DNA from: an uncultured Bacilli bacterium
GTDB lineage: Bacteria; Bacillota_I; Bacilli_A; RFN20; CAG-826
Reading direction: 5' to 3'
Assembly (NCBI GenBank): GCA_944368975.1
Contig: CALVXI010000005.1
Location: 20,967-84,966, forward strand
DNA: 64,000 nt
Part shown: positions 49,519 through 59,244 of the stretch, one piece after another
Position numbering within the stretch: the first letter of the stretch is position 1
How the letters are laid out: each line of letters opens with the position of its first letter
Made by a program: the position numbers and the translations under genes
The notes under the pieces: generated by a model
The model's input: only the letters and a program-made list of their open reading frames with translations
Databases searched by the model: none
What the model was told of the DNA's origin: nothing

Positions 49519-51471
49519 ATGCTTAAGCCATTTATAATTCTCTCTATAAGTTTAAGTTTAATAAGTTTGAATACTAGCCCTAAGAGGGCTAGTATTCAAA
49601 TAGAAAAGGAAGATCTAATTGATATAAAATCAAATGACACCTCCCATTTGACTAATCAAATAATTCCAATTTATGAACTTAAAGATGCCAATGATTTAAA
49701 TGGCTTTTTTAGTTATAAGCCTGTATATATTAAATTTAAAATTAATGAAAATATTGAAGTTTTAGACACTTTTAATAATAATTTAGGTGATTTAAGTGAG
49801 TTTTATAATACTTATTTAGAAGGAAAATATATTCCGTTTATTGAAATTAATAATGATGATATTGCTTTAAATTATATTGAGTATATTAATAATTTTTATA
49901 TTAAAGATGCTGCAATTTATTCTAGTGACTTAAGAATATTTAAAGCTTTTAGTGAAAATAATAGCCTAAATAAAAATTATTTTGTTTATGATATATCAAA
50001 TTATAACTTAAATGATTTTAATAATATCGATACATTAATTAATGTATCGAATATATATGGAGTTAATATATTTGCTATTGATTCGATGAATGAAAATTTA
50101 AAAGAGATTACTAATTATTTTCATTCTTTTAATAAAGTAGTTTTTACAAAAAATAATACTGAAAATATCGAATTTTTTAATTCAATAACTAGTGGAAGTA
50201 ATGGAATAATCACTTCAAATTTAGATAAATTAAATGAATCATTAAATAAATTTAGTAATGATGGAACAACTACTATGAAGCAAATTGTTGCTCATAGAGG
50301 TGTAGTTTTAGATGGAATAAATGAAAATTCTTTAACATCAATTAATAAAGCAATTGAATTAAATATTCCTTTTGTTGAGATTGATTTACAAATAACAAAA
50401 GATAATGAGATTGTTATTTGTCATAATGATGAGTTAAAGGTTACAACTGATTGTAATGATAATTCAAAAATCAGTCAAAAAACATTAAAACAAATTAAAG
50501 AATATAATTTAATTGATAATAATGGTTTAAATAATGAAAAAATACCTACATTGAAAGAAGTATTTGAGCTTAGTAAAGATACTAATCTAAGATTTATTTT
50601 AGAATTTAAATTTGATGGTGGCTTTTCTACTTTTAATCTTGATGTTGCTAAATATGTAGATGAGATTGTTAAAGATTACAATATGGAAAGTCGAGTACTA
50701 GGTATAACTTTCTTTAAAGTTTATTATGAATCAATTAATACTCACATGAGTTATATGCCTACAATGTATTTAGGAGCTCCAAATGGTGAAAGTGAATTTG
50801 GTAGCTATAATGATTTTACTAAAGCCATTAACTTCTTTAATAAGTATAATACTTGTTTAGATTTAGGATTTGATAGTGGATTAAAGAATCAATATTTTAA
50901 TTATGTAAGTCGAGGATTTTTATTAAACTCTTATACATTTACTGATAATAGTTTTATTAGTGAACCTTTAAATTTTGCTACTAGTGATGCTAGTGATCAA
51001 AATATTGAATTAATTAAAGAAATTAGTTCTGAATCAAAGTTTTATACTATTAATTCATATAATGAATTAGATAGTAAAATTGACTTTAAATTAGTTAAGT
51101 TTAATGAAGAAGTTATTAATGAAAATTTTAGTTATCAAACTATAATTCTTGATGGAGATATGATTAGTCCTTATTTAATAGTAAGTGGCTATTATTTTGA
51201 TGAAATTAATAATTATGGAGTTTATAGTGATGCAATTTTAGTTAGTAATTTAGAAAAAGGTGGAGAAAACATTAATCCATATTCATATCGAAATGGAGAA
51301 TTAACTCCTAGTTTTAATTTAGATAATTATATAGAAGAATTAACATCTTTAACTAAATCAACTGACTTAAATTTGATACTTTTATCGACATTAATTCCAT
51401 TAGGTGTTATATGTATTGGGTCGATTATTTTTCTTCTTATTTATAGAAAGAAGAAAATACACAAAAATTAA
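49519..51471 (+). CDS. Surface-anchored GDPD family protein, paralog of 43855-45819
   Basis: IVAHRGVV...PFVEIDLQITKDNEIVICHND. Degenerate N-terminal GDPD-like half (ends GSNGIITSN). C-terminal TM helix plus RKKKIHKN tail. No obvious RBS. Confidence 0.75.
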   Translation: MLKPFIILSISLSLISLNTSPKRASIQIEKEDLIDIKSNDTSHLTNQIIPIYELKDANDLNGFFSYKPVYIKFKINENIEVLDTFNNNLGDLSEFYNTYLEGKYIPFIEINNDDIALNYIEYINNFYIKDAAIYSSDLRIFKAFSENNSLNKNYFVYDISNYNLNDFNNIDTLINVSNIYGVNIFAIDSMNENLKEITNYFHSFNKVVFTKNNTENIEFFNSITSGSNGIITSNLDKLNESLNKFSNDGTTTMKQIVAHRGVVLDGINENSLTSINKAIELNIPFVEIDLQITKDNEIVICHNDELKVTTDCNDNSKISQKTLKQIKEYNLIDNNGLNNEKIPTLKEVFELSKDTNLRFILEFKFDGGFSTFNLDVAKYVDEIVKDYNMESRVLGITFFKVYYESINTHMSYMPTMYLGAPNGESEFGSYNDFTKAINFFNKYNTCLDLGFDSGLKNQYFNYVSRGFLLNSYTFTDNSFISEPLNFATSDASDQNIELIKEISSESKFYTINSYNELDSKIDFKLVKFNEEVINENFSYQTIILDGDMISPYLIVSGYYFDEINNYGVYSDAILVSNLEKGGENINPYSYRNGELTPSFNLDNYIEELTSLTKSTDLNLILLSTLIPLGVICIGSIIFLLIYRKKKIHKN

Positions 51472-51559
51472 GATTTAGTTTTTAATTTTTCTTATATTTA
51501 TTGTTAATTATTAAGATTTATCTTTTAAAAGTTTATTATATTGCAAAGAGGAAAAGTTT

Positions 51560-53080
51560 ATGAAAAAGAAATTAATTATTTATAGTTTATTAGTATGTAG
51601 TACATTCATTCTTGCTAGTTGTGGTCCAGAATCAACAATTGGTGGTGGAACTGATAATACTTCTACCTTTGTTGATAGTAGAACTGATGCTTTTACTGTT
51701 GTAAGTGGTGAAATGACTATGGAAGGTTTTGTTCCAGATGGAGATGAAGTTAATTTTAAGTCTCTTTATGAAGCAGCTAATTATTTATTTGATAATTGTG
51801 ATAATGGTTCTTATGTAAAGAAACTTGGAGATACCACAAATACTATTTTATTTCAAAAAAGAGGTAGTGAATCTTCAATTAGTGGAGCTACTACTGATCA
51901 ATTTTGGTATTATGCTAACGGAACAACTGTAAATGGTTATTCAGCTTATTTTGCTAATAACTATGAATTATTTAATTCTGAAAATGTTTCTGTTATTATG
52001 GCTTCAACAGACAATTTAAAGCAATATTACCAACCTTATGGATTAATTGCTGGTGAAGGTCATTCAGAGACTACAGCTAGTTGGAACCATACACCATTAC
52101 TTGATACAGCTATTAGATATAATCCTATTGCTTTTAGTGGTATGAGAAGTATTACTTATAATTTTGATTTATCAGAAGCAAAAATTAGACCTTCTTATAA
52201 TGAAACACAAAAAGCTGTTCCAATGATTACTTTATCAAGTACAGACTCCTATAACTGGTCAAATCAAGGTATTTATATGGATACTGATACAGGTGATTGG
52301 TATTACTTATATGGTGAAACTCAAGCCGATAGTAAATTTTTAGAATATGATACTGAAGAAGTAATTTTAGGAAGTACTTGGAATGCTGAAACTCAAGAAT
52401 ATACTCCTAATGGTGATGTTAGGATGACATTAAATTATGTATTTAGTGAAGAAAGTGAAACTTGGTCAAATGATTTAATTATCGAAGTAACTTATAATAA
52501 TGGTGATGTTAAAACATTTAATAAAAATTATGAATACTCAGCAATGAATGGTAGAGGTACCCCTAGAGCAAATATCGCTTTAGATTTAATTTCAAGTGAT
52601 GAAGATTATGATGAAACATCTTTTTCTCCTGATTTTATGTGTGGTTCATATTTTAAAAATATCGTTATCACTGAAGCAAAAGGAACTGTACCTGAAGGTT
52701 TAACTGATGATGAATATCAAGGTGATACCGATATGCAAGGTGTACCAGGTACAACATATGACTTAACTACAAATGATTTAGGTAGTGATATTGATATGGA
52801 AATTATTTTAGATCATTACGATGCTATTACATTCCATGAAGACGCAACTAATGGTGATGTTTTTGATATTGATTATACACCAGTAATTTCTGAAGCAACT
52901 AGAACAGCTGAAGTTTTAGAAGCTGAAGAATTAATCGGTCAAATTAAAGACACCGATACAGCAGAATCTGCTAGCGTTATTTTAGCAAGTCAAGCCTATA
53001 ATGCTCTTGATGCTGTTAGTCAAAAACTTGTTAGATATATTGATGGTTATACTCAACTTGAAGAAGCTTTAGAAAGATAA
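51560..53080 (+). CDS. Orphan lipoprotein, paralog family member
   Basis: Lipobox FILASCG. Shares the blocks NFKSLYEAANYL and ITYNFDLSEAKIRPSYNE with the 47606 and 53085 products. Confidence 0.75.
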   Translation: MKKKLIIYSLLVCSTFILASCGPESTIGGGTDNTSTFVDSRTDAFTVVSGEMTMEGFVPDGDEVNFKSLYEAANYLFDNCDNGSYVKKLGDTTNTILFQKRGSESSISGATTDQFWYYANGTTVNGYSAYFANNYELFNSENVSVIMASTDNLKQYYQPYGLIAGEGHSETTASWNHTPLLDTAIRYNPIAFSGMRSITYNFDLSEAKIRPSYNETQKAVPMITLSSTDSYNWSNQGIYMDTDTGDWYYLYGETQADSKFLEYDTEEVILGSTWNAETQEYTPNGDVRMTLNYVFSEESETWSNDLIIEVTYNNGDVKTFNKNYEYSAMNGRGTPRANIALDLISSDEDYDETSFSPDFMCGSYFKNIVITEAKGTVPEGLTDDEYQGDTDMQGVPGTTYDLTTNDLGSDIDMEIILDHYDAITFHEDATNGDVFDIDYTPVISEATRTAEVLEAEELIGQIKDTDTAESASVILASQAYNALDAVSQKLVRYIDGYTQLEEALER

Positions 53081-53084
53081 TTTT

Positions 53085-54470
53085 ATGAGTAAATTTAAAT
53101 TTGTTACATTATCAATTCTTGGAATATTAGCTTTAGGACTTGTATCTGGCTGTGGACCTAAAGAAGATATACCAACTGAGTTTAGTAGAACTAATCCTCG
53201 TATAATTGATGAAATTAGTTTAGAAAGTGAACCAGTTAAGTTAAAAAAACCATTTACGATTTTGACTGAAGAAGGTGAAATTCCAGAAGAATTGAAATAT
53301 GAAAATGCTACTTTAAACACAAATGAATTTGAAAATTTATATGAAGCAATAAGAATAGCTGGGCAAAATGCTACTAATTCAAATAAATTACAAGTTCAAG
53401 ATGCAAACTTTACACAAGTTTTCATAAGACAAAGAGCAAGTAGTTGGTTTGTTTTTGATGGGCATGATTATGTTGGAACTGATGCTTCTAAAGGTGCAAA
53501 AGAGTATATAGATGCAAATAGTGATGCTTATGCGATTACTGGAAGTGGAAGTCAATATGCTTATTTAGGAAGAGAAGATTATGTTAGTGAAATGTCTCTT
53601 CAAGAAAATAAATTAGAACTTAATGCCGGTGCATATAATTATATGTTTTCAAAAAATGGTGTCGGTCAAGGGGAAAATCAAACAAATATTAATGGTTTTT
53701 CTTATGTTGATGCTACAGTTAGATTAAGTGAAATGAAATATCGTCCATCAACTGATGGTGATGGCTGGAATGCTTATATATTTATTAATTTAGGTGCTGG
53801 AATTAGTGCAGACTTAGGTTTAATCGGTAATTTAATGGGTGACACAGTTCAATGGAGATTATTTAGAAACTGTCAATCACAAGCTCATGGAAGCCAAGGC
53901 TTTTTAACTTTCCCAGATTTAGGAACTGTTACTGAATCTACACATTATGATCCAACAACTGGTGAATATTCAGGCTTTGATGATTTACACTTTGAAGTAG
54001 TTGGATTAAGTTATGGTTGGATATTAAATATTACTAATTTAAGAACTGGCCAAGTATTTACTTTAAATGATTTACATTATGAACAAGATGGAACGACTCC
54101 TTTAGTTGAAAATAGTGAACAATGTTATTTTACTGTTTTAGTTGCTTCAAGTTATTGTCCTGTTGTTGGAACTGTATGGAACTGGGATTGTGGAGCTAGT
54201 ACAACAAATGTTTTATGGGAAAATATAACTATGCAAAGATATGTTGATGACAATATTGAAACTTATCGTAATGCAACTGAAGACAAAAAAGTATTATTTA
54301 CACCTGATAGTGAATATTTAAGAGATGGTTATTCTCAAGGTGCTTTTGCTGCATCTTTTGAATTTGGAACTTATGAAGAAGATGGCACTTATGCTAGTGG
54401 CGCAACCTATCAAAAAGGAGATCATTATTTATCACAAACAGTAAGTTATACTAATCCATGGGAGGAATAA
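53085..54470 (+). CDS. Orphan lipoprotein, paralog family member
   Basis: Lipobox LGLVSGCG. Blocks EFENLYEAIRIA and VDATVRLSEMKYRPSTDG align with the other two paralogs. Confidence 0.75.
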   Translation: MSKFKFVTLSILGILALGLVSGCGPKEDIPTEFSRTNPRIIDEISLESEPVKLKKPFTILTEEGEIPEELKYENATLNTNEFENLYEAIRIAGQNATNSNKLQVQDANFTQVFIRQRASSWFVFDGHDYVGTDASKGAKEYIDANSDAYAITGSGSQYAYLGREDYVSEMSLQENKLELNAGAYNYMFSKNGVGQGENQTNINGFSYVDATVRLSEMKYRPSTDGDGWNAYIFINLGAGISADLGLIGNLMGDTVQWRLFRNCQSQAHGSQGFLTFPDLGTVTESTHYDPTTGEYSGFDDLHFEVVGLSYGWILNITNLRTGQVFTLNDLHYEQDGTTPLVENSEQCYFTVLVASSYCPVVGTVWNWDCGASTTNVLWENITMQRYVDDNIETYRNATEDKKVLFTPDSEYLRDGYSQGAFAASFEFGTYEEDGTYASGATYQKGDHYLSQTVSYTNPWEE

Positions 54471-54473
54471 AAA

Positions 54474-56156
54474 ATGAAAAAAAAGAAATTATTCTTAAGT
54501 TTTGCAGTGTTTTTATCATTAAGCGGGCTTTTATTTAGTTGTGGTCCAGCTTTAGATCCTAATCCTGATTGGGGAATTGATGTTAGTAACACTAAAGATG
54601 GTATAACTTTAAATACATATTTTCCTGCCTTTGGACAAAGTAATAGCAAAGTTCAAAGTGGATATATTGCCACTCAAATTAAAGAAAAAACTGGTTATGA
54701 AGTTAATTTTAATCAATTAAGTGAAGGTAGTGCTGATACTCAAGTTCAAGCTATGTTAACTGGTAAAGAAGCAGTTGATGTTTTAAAGTTAACTCCAACA
54801 TTATTTAATAATTATGTTACTGATGGTTATTTCACTGATTTAACTGATGGTTTTGAAAAATATGCTCCAAATGTTTTAAATTTATGTGATATCACAGAAG
54901 AACAATGGGAAGCTTGTACTTATAATGGAAGAATATATGCTATTCCAGAAGTTGGACATACTTCAATGGTTAATGTTGGTTTAGTTTGGAACATGGATCA
55001 TTTAGAAGAAGTAGGGATTAGTAAAATTCCTGAAACAATTAGTGAGTTTGATACGGCAATTAGAGCCTTACAAGCCCATTATGGAAATAGCGCAATTAAT
55101 GAAAATGCTGCAAATTACCATGCTTTTGGTTTAGCTGGAACTAATGCTGAAGCAAATCCTATTACAGCAGCATTTGATATGCCTAAAAATTGGTTTGAAA
55201 ATGAAAACGGTGAGCTTGAAAATGCTTTATTTAGTGATAGAACTGAAGCTTATTTAAATTATATGCATGAAATTGCTAACTTAGGAATTTTAGCTGATGG
55301 ATGGGCTCAACAAGTTGAATCAAATATTATGGGCAATTTTGTTTTAGGAAATTGTAGTGTTGCTAATTTATCTTATTGGAATGTTACTAATTTAAGAACA
55401 CAAATGATTAGTTCATATAAAGGATTTCCTAGTGATGTTGTAAGTCAAAGTGACCGTGAAGATTATGTTTATGGTGTCGAAGATAGTGAATATGGTGTCG
55501 CTAGTCCTGATGCTTTAGTTCAATGGGAAGTTTATCTTAAAGGTGATGGGACTCATGGTACGAATGTTCAAGAAATTGGAAAAGCTAGAGATTCACATGG
55601 TATTTCTTATTATATTGTTGTTCCTGTAGCAAGTGCCAAAAGAGCAGCTTATTCTTTAGATTTTATAAATGAGAAAAATACTGAAGAAATTACTCGTTTA
55701 GTATGTGCTGGTGATGAAAATGTACATTATCAAGTAACAACAAGTGATGATCCTGATGCTATTGAACTTTTAACAGAAGAAAATGAGCCAAAAGAATATA
55801 TTAAATTAATTCAACCAGCTTATGATAATGACATTCGTGGTATGAGCCAATATCAAACCGGTGTTAATCCTAGTGTTGCTAGAAAATGGTGGCCTGCAAG
55901 CGAAAAAGGTTTTGATGCATGGGAAGTATTAGTAACTAATGATGAGCAATTAATATTAGATCCTTTTGCTGTTCATCCAATCTTACCTAATTTTGCAAAA
56001 GTTGATTTAACAGCTCAAAATTATGTTATTACTCAATTACAAAATGTTATTAATAATGGTGGAGAAACCTTAGCTAATGCTAGAAAATCATATACATCAA
56101 GATTTTGGACTTCAAAAGTTAAAGATGAAGTTAATAATTGGTATAAAAATAAATAA
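54474..56156 (+). CDS. Sugar ABC transporter substrate-binding lipoprotein (CUT1, large LplA-like type)
   Basis: Lipobox GLLFSCG. 560 aa. Directly precedes two CUT1-type permease genes. Confidence 0.8.
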   Translation: MKKKKLFLSFAVFLSLSGLLFSCGPALDPNPDWGIDVSNTKDGITLNTYFPAFGQSNSKVQSGYIATQIKEKTGYEVNFNQLSEGSADTQVQAMLTGKEAVDVLKLTPTLFNNYVTDGYFTDLTDGFEKYAPNVLNLCDITEEQWEACTYNGRIYAIPEVGHTSMVNVGLVWNMDHLEEVGISKIPETISEFDTAIRALQAHYGNSAINENAANYHAFGLAGTNAEANPITAAFDMPKNWFENENGELENALFSDRTEAYLNYMHEIANLGILADGWAQQVESNIMGNFVLGNCSVANLSYWNVTNLRTQMISSYKGFPSDVVSQSDREDYVYGVEDSEYGVASPDALVQWEVYLKGDGTHGTNVQEIGKARDSHGISYYIVVPVASAKRAAYSLDFINEKNTEEITRLVCAGDENVHYQVTTSDDPDAIELLTEENEPKEYIKLIQPAYDNDIRGMSQYQTGVNPSVARKWWPASEKGFDAWEVLVTNDEQLILDPFAVHPILPNFAKVDLTAQNYVITQLQNVINNGGETLANARKSYTSRFWTSKVKDEVNNWYKNK

Positions 56157-56166
56157 ATTTTAGTTT

Positions 56167-57192
56167 ATGGAAGCTTTAAGAATTGGAAATAAAACTAGAA
56201 AATTAAACCCAAAATCGATGAATTATTTTCATCGTGTTGGAGTAAAAATAAAAAAATACGCTTCGATATTTTGGTTTATTATACCGGGGGCATTTTTAGC
56301 TATATTATTTGGTTATTTACCATTAATATTTATTTTAGCAGCTTTTAAATCTGACTTTGTTTTAGCAATTAATTCACCTTTACAAGAATTGTTTAGAAAT
56401 AATTGGAGTTTTATTCAATTTACCAGAATCTTTGGTGAAGATAGTGAAATGTTTTTACTAGCAATTAGTAATACATTAATTATTAATGCTATTAATTTAG
56501 TTTTGGTTTTCCCTTTCTCAATTCTTTTAGCAATCATGCTTAGTGAAGTTAAATCTACATTTACTTCTAAACTTATTTTAATTATTTTATGTTTACCAAA
56601 CTTTTTAAGTTGGCCTACAGTTATAGGTATATGGAATAACTTATTTAGAGATCAAAATGGTGTTATAAATAACTTATTAATGAATATTGGTTTAATTAAA
56701 GAACCTATTTACTGGTTTGGTGATAATATTGGTGGAATTGGTGGATTTAATTTATTTAAATTTTTTGCAATTGTTATGAATGCTTGGAAAGGTAGCGGTT
56801 GGAATTCAATTATGTTTTACACTGCTATTATGAGTATTGATAAATCATATTACGAAGCAAGTGAAATTGATGGTTGTAATAAAGTTAAACAAATATGGTA
56901 TTTGACTTTACCATCAATTTTACCAATTATAGCTCTGATGTTTATTATGAATATTACTTATATTTTAAGTAGCGGTTTTGAAGAAATTAATTTATTAGCA
57001 AATATTAGTGATCCAAACTTAAAAGAAAGAATGAAAACATTAGATGTTTATTTATATGAAGTTGCTTTAGGAGCGGGTGCTGATATGTCATTTGCGACCG
57101 CTTTAGGTATATTTAATTCTACAGTTAGCTTAATATTTATGATTGGCGGTAATGCTATAAGTAAAAAATTATTACATAGAGGTCTTTGGTAG
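56167..57192 (+). CDS. Sugar ABC transporter permease (LplB-like)
   Basis: Six-TM MalF-type fold. EAA loop YEASEIDGCNKVKQIWYLTLPSILP. Confidence 0.85.
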   Translation: MEALRIGNKTRKLNPKSMNYFHRVGVKIKKYASIFWFIIPGAFLAILFGYLPLIFILAAFKSDFVLAINSPLQELFRNNWSFIQFTRIFGEDSEMFLLAISNTLIINAINLVLVFPFSILLAIMLSEVKSTFTSKLILIILCLPNFLSWPTVIGIWNNLFRDQNGVINNLLMNIGLIKEPIYWFGDNIGGIGGFNLFKFFAIVMNAWKGSGWNSIMFYTAIMSIDKSYYEASEIDGCNKVKQIWYLTLPSILPIIALMFIMNITYILSSGFEEINLLANISDPNLKERMKTLDVYLYEVALGAGADMSFATALGIFNSTVSLIFMIGGNAISKKLLHRGLW

Positions 57193-57193
57193 T

Positions 57194-58102
57194 ATGAATA
57201 ATCCCTTTATAACAGTTAAAAAAAGACATTTAAGAAAATTAATAAAGAAACCTACAAGTGACCGTGTATTAAATGGTATTAATTTAATATTACTTGCTCT
57301 TTTTTGTTTATTAGTAATTATTCCTTTGCTTAATTTATTATCTTTTGCTTTCTCTACTGGTAGTAGAAATAGTGAAGTTACATTTTTACCAAAAGGTTTT
57401 ACTTTTGATATGTTTAACTATGTTATACATGATAGTGCTTTTTGGAGAAGCTTAGGAAATAGTGTTATTATCACTGTCTTTGTTACTATTTTTAGTAATT
57501 TATTTATGGCTATGGCTGCTTATCCATTAAGTAAACCTGATTTCCCATTCAAAAGAACTATTATGGTTTTCTTTATCATTACTATGTTATTTAGTGCTGG
57601 TATTGTTCCTACTGTTTTATTACTTAGAGCTTTAGGAATTTATGGGACTATCTGGTCAGTAATGCTATTATCGATTAACAATGTTTATAATATGCTTTTA
57701 TATAAATCTTTCTTTGAAGGTTTACCAAAAGAAACATTAGAAGCAGCTGAAGTAGATGGTGTAAGTAATTTACAAATGTTTTTAAGAATTGTCTTACCAA
57801 TGTCTTTACCTGTTTTTGCTAGTTGTGCATTCTTTTCGATTGTCGGAACGTGGAATTCATATAGTGGTGCTTTAATGTTTATTGGTACAACAAGTGATAA
57901 AGAAGCTTATTGGCCACTTGCTCTTTATATATATAATTTACTTCAAGTTGATCCTAGTAGTGATCCTACAAGTTTTTTAAATATGAATTTAACAAATGTT
58001 CAATCAGCTTCAATTGTTATTTCAGTTATTCCTATTTTAGTTATTTATCCTTTTGTTATTCGTTATATTAAATCAGGTATTACTTTAGGAAGTGAGAAAT
58101 AG
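57194..58102 (+). CDS. Sugar ABC transporter permease (LplC-like)
   Basis: EAA loop LEAAEVDGVSNLQMFLRIVLPMSLP. 302 aa. Confidence 0.85.
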   Translation: MNNPFITVKKRHLRKLIKKPTSDRVLNGINLILLALFCLLVIIPLLNLLSFAFSTGSRNSEVTFLPKGFTFDMFNYVIHDSAFWRSLGNSVIITVFVTIFSNLFMAMAAYPLSKPDFPFKRTIMVFFIITMLFSAGIVPTVLLLRALGIYGTIWSVMLLSINNVYNMLLYKSFFEGLPKETLEAAEVDGVSNLQMFLRIVLPMSLPVFASCAFFSIVGTWNSYSGALMFIGTTSDKEAYWPLALYIYNLLQVDPSSDPTSFLNMNLTNVQSASIVISVIPILVIYPFVIRYIKSGITLGSEK

Positions 58103-58103
58103 T

Positions 58104-59240
58104 ATGTTTAAAGAAGAGATTATTAAAAAAGCTTATGCTTATACAAAATTAGATGACGATAATATGTTTAATGATGTTATCGTTGAATATCATGATCCAT
58201 TTAATGAAGAAGAATTTAAAATTTATGGAAGTGGTGTTAGTGATAAACATACATTTTATCGATTTACTCAAGAAGAGATTAATAAAGTAACTGGTGTTTC
58301 AAAAGATGTCCCATGGCTAGCTACGCATAGTAGTGGAATCCAAATTCATTTTAAAACTAATTCAAGATTTATTACCATTCGAGTTTTAGAAAACGGAATT
58401 TTCGATATGAAAAATCTTAATTTTATGGCTCAATGTGGTTTTGACTTATATTATAAAGAAGATGGTATTTATAAATATCATAATAGTAGTTTTCCTAATT
58501 ATATAGATAGTAAGAAATTTATATCCAATATTGGTTTATTTAGAGAAGAAAAAGAGCGTGAGATAATTATTAATTTACCTTTATATATTGGAGTAGTTAA
58601 TTTAGAAATTGGAATTGAAAAAGGGAAGTACGTTAAACCAAATTATTTTCAAAATAATGGGAAAATAATATGTTATGGAACTTCCATTTTACAAGGATGT
58701 GGAGCAAGTAGACCAGGATTATGTGTGACAAATTTAATATCAAGATATTTTGATATTGATGTCTTAAATTATGCTTTTAGTGGAGCTGGTTTACTTGAAA
58801 AGGAAGTTGGAGAAATTATTGCAAGTCGAGATGATATCCGTTTATTAATTATTGATGCAGAAGCAAATGCAGGTTGTGATCGATGGATGGTTGATAATTT
58901 TGATAACTTTATTAATGAATTTTATAAAAAATATCCTGATTTACCTGTTATTTTAATGAATAAAACTAAAATGGCAATTGATAGTTATATCCCTAGAAAT
59001 AAATTTATGAAAGAGTTTAATGATAGATTTTTGAAGTCTAGAGTAAGGAAATATCGTAAATTAAATAAAGAAATTTATTTTGCTAATAATTATGTTTTAT
59101 TTGATAATCAATTTCTTGATGCTAGTGAATTTACAGTCGATGGTGTTCACCCAAATGATTTAGGAATGTTAGAAATCTCGAAAAATTATATTAAAGCAAT
59201 TAAAAAGGTTAAAATTTTAAATTTAAAAAAGGAAGGGTGA
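58104..59240 (+). CDS. Cytoplasmic SGNH/GDSL-family hydrolase (esterase)
   Basis: Block I ICYGTSILQG. Block V VDGVHPNDLG. No signal peptide. ATG 58104 is preferred over GTG 58092. Confidence 0.7.
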   Translation: MFKEEIIKKAYAYTKLDDDNMFNDVIVEYHDPFNEEEFKIYGSGVSDKHTFYRFTQEEINKVTGVSKDVPWLATHSSGIQIHFKTNSRFITIRVLENGIFDMKNLNFMAQCGFDLYYKEDGIYKYHNSSFPNYIDSKKFISNIGLFREEKEREIIINLPLYIGVVNLEIGIEKGKYVKPNYFQNNGKIICYGTSILQGCGASRPGLCVTNLISRYFDIDVLNYAFSGAGLLEKEVGEIIASRDDIRLLIIDAEANAGCDRWMVDNFDNFINEFYKKYPDLPVILMNKTKMAIDSYIPRNKFMKEFNDRFLKSRVRKYRKLNKEIYFANNYVLFDNQFLDASEFTVDGVHPNDLGMLEISKNYIKAIKKVKILNLKKEG

Positions 59241-59244
59241 GAAT

